Shown here: piece by piece, positions 38,649 to 48,257 of the stretch | Numbering within the stretch: position 1 is the stretch's first letter | Layout: every line of letters begins with the position of its first letter | Sequence record: DRR723986_5625 | Strand: one strand, 5' to 3' | Length of the DNA: 64,000 bases | Program-made: the position numbers and the translations under genes | Notes under the pieces: generated by a model | The model's database searches: none | Told to the model about the DNA's origin: nothing | Seen by the model: only the letters and a program-made list of their open reading frames with translations

Positions 38649-40943
38649 CTACCGGCCCCCTCGTTTTTCCGGCGCCATGCGCTCGACCGGCAATACCCGG
38701 GGCAGTTCGGACAGGGGGATGGCTCCGCTGATGACATGGTTCAAGGCGCTGTCGCGCATGGTAACCAGGCCGGAGTCCAGGGCGATGGCGCGCAGTCTGG
38801 CGATGGGCAACTGCTCGGCGATCGCATCGCGGATCTCGGCGTTCACCTGCATGAATTCCACCACCGCAACCCGACCGCGGGTACCCCGGCCGCCGCAATC
38901 CTCGCAGCCACTGCCCTCATAGCAGCGGAAGTTGTCGGGTACGCCATCGGGGAACAGCTCGGCGGTAATGCGCTCGTCCGCCAGCGCCGGCTTTCGACAT
39001 TGCTCGCAGATGCGTTTGGCCAGCTTCTGGGCAATCACCCCGCTCAGTTCGCTGGCGATGGAGTTGGGGTGGACGCCGAGGTCAAAGATGCGCTGCAGTG
39101 CATCGACTGCGTCGTTGCTGTGCAGCGTGGACAGCACCACGTGCCCGGTCTGGGAGGCGCGAATAGCCTCCTGCGCGGTTTCCTGGTCGCGGATCTCCCC
39201 GACCAGGATCACGTCCGGGTCCTGACGGACGAAAGAGCGCATACCGTCGGCAAAATTAAAGCCGATCTCCGGTCGGGTCCGGGTTTGCTGGATGCCCTCC
39301 ATGGAATACTCGATCGGATCCTCGATGGTAATGACCTTGCGCCGGCCGTCCTCGGCAAGGCCTGCCAGGCCAGCGTACAAGGTGGTGGTTTTACCGGAAC
39401 CCGTGGGTCCGACGACCAGTACCAGCCCGGATGGATTGTCCAGCAGGCGCCGGTAATGCCGGGCGACGGCCACGTCCATGCCCAGGTCCTCGATTGCCAC
39501 CACATTACCGCTTTGCGGCAGCAGGCGAATCACCACGGCCTCGCCATGCAGGGAGGGCTGGATCTGGATACGCAGGTCATAGCCCGCGCCTCCGGCCCGA
39601 AGCTGGGAGCGCCCGCCCTGCGGCAGTCGCTTTTCCGCGATATCCATATCGCCGCGGATCTTGATCACATTGACCAGGCCGCGAGCCTCCCTCGGGGTCA
39701 GGTTGTAGTGATTCAGATCGTGCAGGTCACCGTCCACGCGCAGGCGGATCCGGGTGCGATCCTGGTAGGCCTCAATATGCAGGTCACTTGCGCCCTCGCT
39801 GATCGCATCAAGCAGCAGCGCATCAAGCAGGGTGATGAGGTGTGCCTCGATCCGGGTTCTCTCGCGGGACAGCAGGTCAGGGCGATGATCTTCCGTCGGT
39901 TCCGATTGCTTGGCCAACAGGTGCGCGTCACCCTGCAATGACAGCTCCACAGTGGTCCACAGGCGCTTGAAGTCGTTTGGCGTGACCAGAATCTTCTGCA
40001 CCCTGTCGTAGGGATACATGTGATAGATATCGTCCACCTTGCTGTCGGGATCATCGGTGGCGATATTCAGGCAGTGGCCTTTAACCTCCAGAGGCACCAG
40101 GTGGTTGCTGTCGAGAAAGCTGCGGGAAAACCCCTCCATCAGCTGCGGTTGCACAGTGGTCAACAGGTCATCCACCGGTGCGAAGGGCATCCCGTTTTCC
40201 TCCGCGAGACGCCGGTAGAGGGTGGTGTCTTCCAGGTTTAGCTTGTCGCGCAGGATCTTGATCACCGGCTGGTGCTGCTGGCGCGCCTTGGCCCGCGCTT
40301 CTTCCAGCATGACCCGATCGACCATCCCCATGTCCAGCAGGGTCATGCCGGTATCCCGGGAGAAGTCCACCAGGGCCAGTTCCCGGCGCAGGGGCGCGCC
40401 CAGCTCACTCAGCTGGTAGCGGGTCAGCAGGTGTGTTTCATTTTCGCCCTGCTCCAGGGCGAGCAGTACCCCCTCTGGCGCAAGTTGCTCCAATAGCTCG
40501 GTCTTGTTGACCAGCCGCGGGCTGGATACCAGGATGCGATCAAAGGGCCCCATGTCCGGTGCCCCGTGGATGCCGTCCTGCTCGCGCAGGACCAGGTTGG
40601 CCAGGCCGAGCTTGTTGAACCGGTCCATGGCGCAGCTGGCGATGGCAGGGTTCTTCTCAATGGTGATGACCTGGCTGGCCAGTTTGCTCAGCAGTGCCGC
40701 CAGGTAACCGGCGCCGGTGCCGACCTGGAGCACGCGATGCTGCGGGTGCACGTCGGCGTGCCGGAGGATTTCCGAGACCGCGTTGGTCGGGGGGATGCTG
40801 CGACCGACGACCCGGGAGGGGTCGCCCATTTCGATAAAATGATCCCGGGGCAGGGACCGCATGACCTCGGTAATGCGCGCGGTATCTGGCACCGGTAATC
40901 CTGCCGCGCGATCGGTGCTGTCCTGTGTCCTGCCGTTGCTCAT
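38649..40943 (-). CDS. Fusion of PIMT-like methyltransferase, MshEN/T2SSE_N and PilB/GspE-family ATPase
   Basis: aa ~25-195: MRSLPRDHF, VLQVGTGAGYLAALLS, TIEK, DG..G, GPFDRI, LEQL..EG. C-terminus: ASDLHIE, RLRVDG, DIAEKRLPQGG, GPTGSGKTTTLY, TIEDPIE, RQDPDVILVGEIRD, TGHVVLSTLH and CEQC...CEDC. Confidence 0.9.
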   Translation of the reverse strand: MSNGRTQDSTDRAAGLPVPDTARITEVMRSLPRDHFIEMGDPSRVVGRSIPPTNAVSEILRHADVHPQHRVLQVGTGAGYLAALLSKLASQVITIEKNPAIASCAMDRFNKLGLANLVLREQDGIHGAPDMGPFDRILVSSPRLVNKTELLEQLAPEGVLLALEQGENETHLLTRYQLSELGAPLRRELALVDFSRDTGMTLLDMGMVDRVMLEEARAKARQQHQPVIKILRDKLNLEDTTLYRRLAEENGMPFAPVDDLLTTVQPQLMEGFSRSFLDSNHLVPLEVKGHCLNIATDDPDSKVDDIYHMYPYDRVQKILVTPNDFKRLWTTVELSLQGDAHLLAKQSEPTEDHRPDLLSRERTRIEAHLITLLDALLLDAISEGASDLHIEAYQDRTRIRLRVDGDLHDLNHYNLTPREARGLVNVIKIRGDMDIAEKRLPQGGRSQLRAGGAGYDLRIQIQPSLHGEAVVIRLLPQSGNVVAIEDLGMDVAVARHYRRLLDNPSGLVLVVGPTGSGKTTTLYAGLAGLAEDGRRKVITIEDPIEYSMEGIQQTRTRPEIGFNFADGMRSFVRQDPDVILVGEIRDQETAQEAIRASQTGHVVLSTLHSNDAVDALQRIFDLGVHPNSIASELSGVIAQKLAKRICEQCRKPALADERITAELFPDGVPDNFRCYEGSGCEDCGGRGTRGRVAVVEFMQVNAEIRDAIAEQLPIARLRAIALDSGLVTMRDSALNHVISGAIPLSELPRVLPVERMAPEKRGGR

Positions 40944-40949
40944 AAGTTA

Positions 40950-40993
40950 AGACTATCCCGCGATCACGAACCGGGGCTCTTGACCTGTCTCAA
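40950..40993 (-). promoter_or_regulatory. FNR/ANR-like box with -10 element upstream of the fusion gene
   Basis: TTGAC-CTGT-CTCAA at 40980-40993 (8/10 match to TTGAT-N4-ATCAA). Minus-strand -10 TAGTCT at 40955-40950. Confidence 0.6.
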
Positions 40994-41011
40994 CAAAACA
41001 ACGGGTGAGAC

Positions 41012-42292
41012 TCAGCTTTTGGGATGCACAATCACCGGTAGTCGCGTATAGCCATTGACGAAGCTGGACGGCGCGCGCTGCGGTTCGCCTATTACCTCGA
41101 TGCGGTCGAAGCGGGCCAGGACTTCCTCCCACAGCACGCGCAATTGCAGCTCGGCAAGCCGGTTGCCCATGCAGCGATGGATGCCAAACCCGAAGGACAG
41201 ATGGCGCCGCACGTTCTCCCGGTCGATGATGTAATCATCCGGGCGCTCGAAGACAGAATCATCCCGGTTACCCGAGGCGTACCACATCAGGACCTTGTCG
41301 CCGGCTTTGATCTTTTTGCCGCGCAATTCTGTGTCCACTTTCGCGGTGCGTCGCATATAGGCCAGGGGCGTTTGCCAGCGAATAGTCTCCGACACCATGC
41401 TCGGGATCAGTTCGGGCTTGGCCTTGAGCTTGGCGAATTCTGCGGGATTCTGGTGCAGGGCCAGGACACTGGCGGACATGGTATTGCGGGTGGTGTCATT
41501 GCCGCCGACGATCAGCAGGATCAGATTGCCGAGGTATTCGAACGGCTCCATTTCCTGGGTGGCCGAGCCGTGGGCCAGCATGGAGACAAAGTCCGTGCTT
41601 GGCGGTGCCTCGATCTTCTGGTTCCACAAAGTGGTGAAATATTGCAGGCATTCGATCAGCTCGGTGCGACGCTGCTCTTCAGAGTCGATGATGCCCATGC
41701 CGGGGATTGCGGTCGAAACATCCGACCAGCGAGTCAGCTTGCGCCGGTCCTCGTAGGGGAAATCAAACAAGGTGGCGAGCATTCGGGTGGTCAGCTCGAT
41801 CGACACGGTGTCGACCCAGTCGAATTCCTGCCCCAGCGGAAGACTGTCGAGGATATCTGCCGTGCGTTCGCGGATCAGCGGTTCAAAGTTCTTCAGGCTG
41901 GCGGGGCCGACAGCCGGGTTGACCACCTTGCGTTGCTCATCATGCTTGGGCGGGTCCATGGCGATGAACATGGGCAGGGTGAAATCGTCGTCCGGGTTGC
42001 GGATGGTGATTGCCGGCTCGGAGGAGTAGAGGTCCGGGCGGGTATCCACCGCCATGATGTCCTCGTAGCGGGTAACTGACCAGTAGGGCCCCAGTTGGTG
42101 CTCGGTGCAGTAATGCACAGGGTCCTCTTCACGCAGGCGTTTGAACCATAAATACTGCTTGCCAGCCTCGAACAGCAGGGGGTTGGCTACGTCGTAGGTT
42201 GCCAGCGGCTCCTGGTAGGGATCGCGGTTCACCTGATCGTAGTCAAGGATGATCTCGTCCAGGGAGGCTTGATTTTGGCTGATCGAAGTCAT
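41012..42292 (-). CDS. Cytochrome P450, CYP153-like
   Basis: MFIAMDPPKHD, LLIVGGNDTTRN, ETIRWQTPLAYMRR and heme motif HLSFGFGIHRCMG. Start at ATG 42292. Confidence 0.93.
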   Translation of the reverse strand: MTSISQNQASLDEIILDYDQVNRDPYQEPLATYDVANPLLFEAGKQYLWFKRLREEDPVHYCTEHQLGPYWSVTRYEDIMAVDTRPDLYSSEPAITIRNPDDDFTLPMFIAMDPPKHDEQRKVVNPAVGPASLKNFEPLIRERTADILDSLPLGQEFDWVDTVSIELTTRMLATLFDFPYEDRRKLTRWSDVSTAIPGMGIIDSEEQRRTELIECLQYFTTLWNQKIEAPPSTDFVSMLAHGSATQEMEPFEYLGNLILLIVGGNDTTRNTMSASVLALHQNPAEFAKLKAKPELIPSMVSETIRWQTPLAYMRRTAKVDTELRGKKIKAGDKVLMWYASGNRDDSVFERPDDYIIDRENVRRHLSFGFGIHRCMGNRLAELQLRVLWEEVLARFDRIEVIGEPQRAPSSFVNGYTRLPVIVHPKS

Positions 42293-42371
42293 GGCAGGGC
42301 CTTGTTTGCCTGATATTGTCATCAGTTTAGGAGAAACTGCGCTGTCACACCACTTACCGGATGCATTGTCC

Positions 42372-43976
42372 ATGCTGCTGATGATCGGCATCGGTCTGGC
42401 GTTGTTCCTTTTTGGCATGGCCCAGCTCGAAGCCGGTATCCGGGCGCTGGGCCTGCGTACCTTCCAGCGCTGGCTGTCCCGGTCTACCGCGTCCCCGATC
42501 GCCAGTGCCGGTACCGGGATCGCCGTCACCGCCCTGCTGCAGAGCAGTTCCCTGGTCAGTCTGCTGGTCCTGGCGTTCGCCAGTGCCGGCGTGTTGCCCC
42601 TGTACAACGCGATCGGCATCCTGCTGGGTGCGAACCTGGGCACCACCTTCACCGGCTGGGTGGTCGCCACCATCGGCTTCAAGCTTTCGCTGCAGGACCT
42701 GGCGCTGCCGGCCCTGGGCCTTGGCGCCTTGCTCCAGCTCATCCATTGGCAGGGCGAGCGTCTCGCGGCGCTGGGCAGGATCCTGTTCGGCCTTGGGCTG
42801 ATTGTTTTTGGCCTCGATATCATGAAAGAGACCATGGCTGGGGTAGCGGGTGGCTGGGACCTGGGCGCGCTGTCGGGCTATGGTGTGTGGGTGTACTTTT
42901 TGGCCGGGACGGCGATCGCGGCCCTGATCCAGTCCAGCTCTGCGACCATGATGCTGACCCTTGCCGCCCTGAACAGCGGCCTGCTGACCCTGCCGGCAGC
43001 GGCGGCCATCGTTATTGGTGCGGACCTGGGAACCACCAGTACCACGGTGCTCGCCAGCATCGGCGGCAGCGTGGTGAAGCGCCAGCTGGCCCTGGCGCAC
43101 CTGGTATTCAACCTGCTCGTCGACATAGCGGCCCTGCTGGTGCTGTTGCCGCTGCTGCCGCAACTGCAGGCTGCGCTGGGCCTTGCCGACCCGCTGTATA
43201 TGCTGGTGGTGTTCCACAGCCTGTTCAACCTGCTGGGACTGGCGGTGTTCCTGCCCCTGCTGAAGCCCTTTGCGGGCTGGATAGCGGGGCGCTTCGCCGC
43301 GCCGCCGTCTGCCGCTGTGGCCCTTGCTGGTCAGCCAACGGCGGTTCCGTCCGCTGCCCTGGTTGCCATTGGCCGTGCGCTTACCGAGCTGCGTGCCGAT
43401 ACGCTGGCGCTGGTGCTGCACTATTTTCACCTGCAACCGGACCAGCTCTCGCTGGCCCCGGCTACGGCAGCACCGCTGCTGGCTGCGGCGGCTGAGCGGC
43501 TCAGTCCCGAGGAGCGCTATAGCCGGATCAAGGCAACGGAGTCGGCGCTGTTTGCCTACTCCTTCGACCTGCAGGCGGAGAAGCTCGACAAGGGGCAGGT
43601 GGATAGTCTCGCCATCGTGTCCCGGGAAGCGCGGGCACTCGCCTACAGTGCGAAGACACTCAAGGATATTCGCCGGGATATCGTCACCATGCGACACAGT
43701 GAGCTCGCGCCGGTTAAGGCCCTGTATGAATCGCACCGGGACTTTTTGCGCGACGTCCTCGCACGTTACCTGGACGGGTCGGGTCGGGCAGGCGCGATAC
43801 AGACGCCGTCAGTTGAGCTGCTGGCGGATAACGAATCACATTACCGCGAGGTCAACGCGGTGGTAAGCGAGCTGGCGGCAGCGGATACCGTTTCGGGAAC
43901 GGAACTGTCCACCCTGTTGAACGTCAATCGGGACATTCACCACGCGGTGAAAGATCTGTTGATCGCCCTCGGGTGA
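42372..43976 (+). CDS. Na/Pi cotransporter family protein
   Basis: Duplicated QSSS motifs (TALLQSSS, ALIQSSSA) and GANLGTT/GADLGTT, plus a soluble helical C-terminus. Start uncertain (ATG 42372 or CTG 42342). Confidence 0.88.
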   Translation: MLLMIGIGLALFLFGMAQLEAGIRALGLRTFQRWLSRSTASPIASAGTGIAVTALLQSSSLVSLLVLAFASAGVLPLYNAIGILLGANLGTTFTGWVVATIGFKLSLQDLALPALGLGALLQLIHWQGERLAALGRILFGLGLIVFGLDIMKETMAGVAGGWDLGALSGYGVWVYFLAGTAIAALIQSSSATMMLTLAALNSGLLTLPAAAAIVIGADLGTTSTTVLASIGGSVVKRQLALAHLVFNLLVDIAALLVLLPLLPQLQAALGLADPLYMLVVFHSLFNLLGLAVFLPLLKPFAGWIAGRFAAPPSAAVALAGQPTAVPSAALVAIGRALTELRADTLALVLHYFHLQPDQLSLAPATAAPLLAAAAERLSPEERYSRIKATESALFAYSFDLQAEKLDKGQVDSLAIVSREARALAYSAKTLKDIRRDIVTMRHSELAPVKALYESHRDFLRDVLARYLDGSGRAGAIQTPSVELLADNESHYREVNAVVSELAAADTVSGTELSTLLNVNRDIHHAVKDLLIALG

Positions 43977-44084
43977 TCTGCGGGCCCTGGAGGCTGGTGC
44001 TGCCCGGTGCAGACCTTGGTCGCATTGCGTCCTGTGCGTGGAGCGGGTAGCGTTTGGAAATATCGGTGTAAGGAGAGGACATAG

Positions 44085-45965
44085 ATGTCAAACCTGGAGA
44101 TGTGGCGCGAGGCGGCAAAGGATATTCACTGGTTCGAGCCGCCCACGGAACTGCTGGATTCCAGCCGGCCACCGTTTTATCGCTGGTTTCCGGATGGTGT
44201 GACCAATGCCTGCTTCAACGCCCTGGACCTGCATGTAGCCAATGGTCGCGGGGAGCAGGCAGCGCTGATCTACGACAGCCCGGTTACCGGCAGCAAACGC
44301 CAGTACAGCTATGCGCAGCTGCTGGATGAGGTGGCGCGGTTTGCCGGGGTGCTGGTGGGCGCAGGCGTGGGTAAAGGCGACCGGGTGATTGTGTACATGC
44401 CGATGGTCCCCGAGGCGGTGATTGCCATGCTGGCCTGTGCCCGTCTCGGCGCGGTGCACTCGGTTGTGTTTGGTGGCTTCGCCAGTAACGAACTGGCCGT
44501 ACGTATCGACGATGCGGAGCCGACGGTGATCGTCTCTGCCTCCTGCGGGATTGAGCCCGGTCGCGTGGTGCCTTATAAACCGCTGCTGGATGGTGCAATC
44601 GAACTGGCCCGGCACAAACCGGCGCACTGTATCATTCTCCAGCGTTCGCGCCTCACGGCGGAGCTGGTGCCCGGTCGCGACCTGGACTGGGCTGCTGCTA
44701 TGCGGGACGCGACGCCGGCAGACTGTGTTCCGGTCGCCGCCAATGACCCGCTGTATATCCTTTACACCTCCGGCACTACCGGTCAGCCCAAGGGCGTGGT
44801 CCGGGACACCGGCGGCAGCATCGTCGCGCTCAAGTGGAGTATGGACAAGATCTACGCCGTGCAGCCCGGTGAAGTCTACTGGGCAGCCTCGGATGTCGGC
44901 TGGGTGGTCGGCCACTCCTATATCGTCTACGGCCCGCTGTTCAATGGCAGTACTACCTTGATGTACGAGGGCAAGCCCGTGGGCACCCCGGATCCGGGCG
45001 CTTTCTGGCGGGTCATCGAGGAGTACGACGTCAAGGTGCTGTTTACCGCACCTACCGCTTTCCGGGCGATCAAGAAGGAGGACCCGGAGGGAGCCCACGT
45101 CAAACGCTATGGCCTGGATGGTCTGCGCGCCCTGTTTCTTGCCGGCGAGCGCTGTGACCCCGACACCCTGGCCTGGGCGGAGGAGAAGCTGCAGGTCCCG
45201 GTCATCGACCACTGGTGGCAAACGGAGACCGGCTGGCCGATCTGTTCCAACTGCCTCGGCATTGAACAGCTGCCGGTCAAGCCTGGTTCGCCTACCCGTG
45301 CGGTGCCTGGCTATGACGTCCAGGTGCTGGACCACGATGGGAAGGAGAAACCCCGGGGTGAAATGGGGGCGCTGGCGATCAGGCTGCCGCTGCCGCCGGG
45401 CAATTTCATCAACCTGTGGAATGCGGATGACCGCTTTGAGCAGGCCTATTTCCGTCGTTTCCCGGGTTACTACGAAACCGGGGATGCCGGTTATATCGAC
45501 GAGGACGGCTACGTGTTCGTCATGGCCCGCACCGACGATGTCATCAACGTCGCCGGCCACCGCCTGTCCACCGGCGGTATGGAAGAGGTGCTGGCGTCCC
45601 ATCCCGATGTTGCGGAGTGCGCGGTGATCGGCGTGGCAGATGCACTGAAGGGGCAGTTACCCCTGGGCTTGCTGGTACTGAACTCCGGTGTGGCACACAC
45701 GCCGGAGACAATCGTGGCGGAAGTGATTGCGCTGGTAAGGGAGAAGATCGGGCCGGTGGCGGCATTCAAGCTGTGCACAGTGGTGGATCGGCTGCCCAAG
45801 ACCCGTTCCGGCAAGATCCTGCGTGGCACCATGCATGCCATCGCAGACGGCACCCCGTGGAAGATGCCGGCTACTATTGACGATCCCGCCATCATTAGCG
45901 AGATCAGCGACGCCCTGGCTACCCTGGGTTATCCCCAGGCGCAGGCCACAGGGCGCTCCGGCTGA
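44085..45965 (+). CDS. prpE: Propionyl-CoA synthetase / acyl-CoA ligase
   Basis: HSVVFGGF, YILYTSGTTGQPKG, SDVGWVVGHSY, DHWWQTETG, DDVINVAGHRL and LPKTRSGKILR. Confidence 0.85.
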   Translation: MSNLEMWREAAKDIHWFEPPTELLDSSRPPFYRWFPDGVTNACFNALDLHVANGRGEQAALIYDSPVTGSKRQYSYAQLLDEVARFAGVLVGAGVGKGDRVIVYMPMVPEAVIAMLACARLGAVHSVVFGGFASNELAVRIDDAEPTVIVSASCGIEPGRVVPYKPLLDGAIELARHKPAHCIILQRSRLTAELVPGRDLDWAAAMRDATPADCVPVAANDPLYILYTSGTTGQPKGVVRDTGGSIVALKWSMDKIYAVQPGEVYWAASDVGWVVGHSYIVYGPLFNGSTTLMYEGKPVGTPDPGAFWRVIEEYDVKVLFTAPTAFRAIKKEDPEGAHVKRYGLDGLRALFLAGERCDPDTLAWAEEKLQVPVIDHWWQTETGWPICSNCLGIEQLPVKPGSPTRAVPGYDVQVLDHDGKEKPRGEMGALAIRLPLPPGNFINLWNADDRFEQAYFRRFPGYYETGDAGYIDEDGYVFVMARTDDVINVAGHRLSTGGMEEVLASHPDVAECAVIGVADALKGQLPLGLLVLNSGVAHTPETIVAEVIALVREKIGPVAAFKLCTVVDRLPKTRSGKILRGTMHAIADGTPWKMPATIDDPAIISEISDALATLGYPQAQATGRSG

Positions 45966-45981
45966 CAGTGCGCCGCGGCGC

Positions 45982-47010
45982 TCAGGCCAGGCCGCGTTCC
46001 CGGGCCATGGTCAGGGCGAGATCCTCGATCATGTCTTCCTGGCCGCCGACCGTGCCGCGTTTGCCGAGTTCTACCAGGATGTCACGGGCGGGCACACCGT
46101 AGGCTTTCTCCGCGCGCTGGGCGAACAGCAGGAAGGAAGAGTAGACCCCGGCGTAGCCCAGGGTGAGCGCGTCGCGGTCGACCCGAATCTGTTGTTCCAT
46201 TACCGGGACCACGCGATCTTCGGCAACGTCCATGATCTTGAATACGTCCACGCCGTGGTCGGCGCCCATGCGGTCGAGGACCGCTACGAATACCTCCAGC
46301 GGCGTATTGCCGGCACCCGCACCCAGTCCGGCGGCAGAGCCGTCAATGCGCGCTGCACCGGCCTCCATGGCCGCCAGGGAATTGGCGATCCCCATGGCGA
46401 GGTTGTGGTGGCCGTGGAAACCGATTTCTGTCTCCGGTTTCAGTTCGGCGCGCAACAGGCCAATTTTCTCCGTGACCTCGTCCGGCAGCATATAGCCCGC
46501 AGAGTCGGTGGCGTAGATGCAGTTGGCTCCGTAGCTCTCCATCAGTCTCGCCTGCGCCAGCAGTGCTTCCGGCGGTGTCATATGAGCCATCATCAGGAAG
46601 CCGACTGTGTCCAGGCCCATCTCGGCCGCCAGCGCAATGTGCTGCTGCGACACGTCCGCCTCGGTGCAGTGGGTCGCCACCCGAATGGTGGTGACGCCCA
46701 GATCATGTGCCATGCGCAGGTGGTCCACCGTGCCGATTCCAGGCAGCAGCAGGGCAGATACCTTTGCCTGTTTCAGTTTCGGGATCACCGCGCCGAGATA
46801 TTCCTCGTCACTGTGGGCGGGGAAGCCGTAGTTGACAGAGGCTCCACCGAGGCCGTCGCCGTGACTGATTTCAATCAGCGGGATTCCCGCATCATCAAGC
46901 CCCGTGGCGATATTGACCATATCCTCCAGGCTGAACTGGTGGCGCTTGGCATGCATACCATCGCGCAGGCTCATGTCGTGGAGGGTAACTTTCTGTCCTT
47001 TCAGGTTCAT
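45982..47010 (-). CDS. mhpE: 4-hydroxy-2-oxovalerate aldolase (DmpG/MhpE)
   Basis: [41 protein letters not shown] and VGGQEDMI. Confidence 0.94.
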   Translation of the reverse strand: MNLKGQKVTLHDMSLRDGMHAKRHQFSLEDMVNIATGLDDAGIPLIEISHGDGLGGASVNYGFPAHSDEEYLGAVIPKLKQAKVSALLLPGIGTVDHLRMAHDLGVTTIRVATHCTEADVSQQHIALAAEMGLDTVGFLMMAHMTPPEALLAQARLMESYGANCIYATDSAGYMLPDEVTEKIGLLRAELKPETEIGFHGHHNLAMGIANSLAAMEAGAARIDGSAAGLGAGAGNTPLEVFVAVLDRMGADHGVDVFKIMDVAEDRVVPVMEQQIRVDRDALTLGYAGVYSSFLLFAQRAEKAYGVPARDILVELGKRGTVGGQEDMIEDLALTMARERGLA

Positions 47011-47086
47011 TGCCTTGTCTCTCGCGTTAATGCTCGCATTACAGGGGCTGTCTGTGCGCCAGCGGCGCAGCGGCAGCGGGTTCGGT

Positions 47087-47995
47087 TCAGCGCGCCGGCA
47101 GGGTGATCGTGCCGTTGGCGACTTCCTCGGCGAACAGCTCCGCCGTGCGCAGGCCTGCCGCCGTCATGATGTCGAGGTTGCCGGCGTATTTCGGTAGAAA
47201 ATCGCCGAGACCTTCCACTTCCATATAGATTGATACCCGCTTGCCATCGAATACCGGACCGTTGACCAGCTTGTAACCCGGGACGTACTTCTGCACCTCG
47301 GTGATCATCTGCTGCACCGATTCGCGGATCGCCGCCTGGTCGGGTTCCTCTGCACACAGGCAGTGAATGGTGTCGCGCATGATCAGCGGCGGTTCGGCCG
47401 GATTGATCACGATGATGGCCTTGCCTTTTGCGGCTCCGCCGACCACCTCGACCCCGCGGGCCGTGGTGCGGGTGAATTCATCAATATTCTGGCGGGTGCC
47501 GGGGCCGACCGATTTCGAACCGACCGTGGCGACGATCTCGCCGTAATCCACCGTCTGCACCCTGGACACCGCGGCGACCATGGGAATAGTGGCCTGTCCG
47601 CCGCAGGTGACCATGTTGACGTTCATCTCCAGTTTCTCTGCGTGCTCCTTGAGATTCACCGGCGGCACGCAGAACGGGCCGATGGCGGCCGGGGTGAGGT
47701 CGATCATGATCACGCCCAGCTCATTCACCTTGCGGCTGTTTTCGGCGTGGGCGTAGGCGGACGTGGCGTCAAAGGCGATGCGAATGTCGTCATCCAGAAT
47801 ATGCGGCACCAGGCCGTCGACCCCGTTGGTGGAGACTTTCAGGCCCATGGCTTCGGCGCGTTTCAGGCCCTCTGATTCCGGGTCGATACCGACCATCCAG
47901 GCCGGCTCAATCCAGCTGGAGCGCTGCATTTTGATCAACAAATCGGTGCCGATATTACCGGGCCCGATAATCGCGGCTTTCAGTTTCTGGCTCAT
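47087..47995 (-). CDS. mhpF: Acetaldehyde dehydrogenase (acylating; DmpF/MhpF)
   Basis: [49 protein letters not shown] and YAGNLDIMT. Confidence 0.95.
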   Translation of the reverse strand: MSQKLKAAIIGPGNIGTDLLIKMQRSSWIEPAWMVGIDPESEGLKRAEAMGLKVSTNGVDGLVPHILDDDIRIAFDATSAYAHAENSRKVNELGVIMIDLTPAAIGPFCVPPVNLKEHAEKLEMNVNMVTCGGQATIPMVAAVSRVQTVDYGEIVATVGSKSVGPGTRQNIDEFTRTTARGVEVVGGAAKGKAIIVINPAEPPLIMRDTIHCLCAEEPDQAAIRESVQQMITEVQKYVPGYKLVNGPVFDGKRVSIYMEVEGLGDFLPKYAGNLDIMTAAGLRTAELFAEEVANGTITLPAR

Positions 47996-48194
47996 ACAAG
48001 TCCCTGGTTGCGGGTTGGTCTGGGGGTGTTCAGGAGCGGCGCAGTATACCGTGCACCGGTTCGTCAGTGGCGCTTACCGCCCGGCCGCCCGGGGCGACGC
48101 CGCTGTTCAGTCGGATGGTGCCTAATATTCTGAACCGTAACCGCCACCAGAGCAGGCGCTGCCTGAGCCCGGGCCCCCGATAAAAGTCCCCGGA

Positions 48195-48228
48195 TTGTCA
48201 TATTAGTGTCATCAAACTGGGGTATTTT
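48195..48228 (+). promoter_or_regulatory. Near-consensus Pho box plus -10 element
   Basis: TTGTCAT-ATTA-GTGTCAT, then 10 nt, then TATTTT. Confidence 0.78.
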
Positions 48229-48257
48229 TCGCGCAAATGACAGAATCCTTGCAGATT

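Noticed and set aside
42316-42348. Pho box upstream of the Na/Pi cotransporter (TTGTCAT ... CTGTCAC)
   Set aside because: The half-sites are 26 bp apart, off the 11-bp phase.
42293-42835. Apparent 607-aa P450 with a long N-terminal extension
   Set aside because: The extension is the antisense of the Na/Pi cotransporter. P450 similarity starts near ATG 42292.
44088-45602. Long antisense ORFs (e.g. 504 aa here; also 42354-43736, 38736-39941, 21253-22398)
   Set aside because: They are shadows of well-supported genes in high-GC DNA and show no recognisable motifs.
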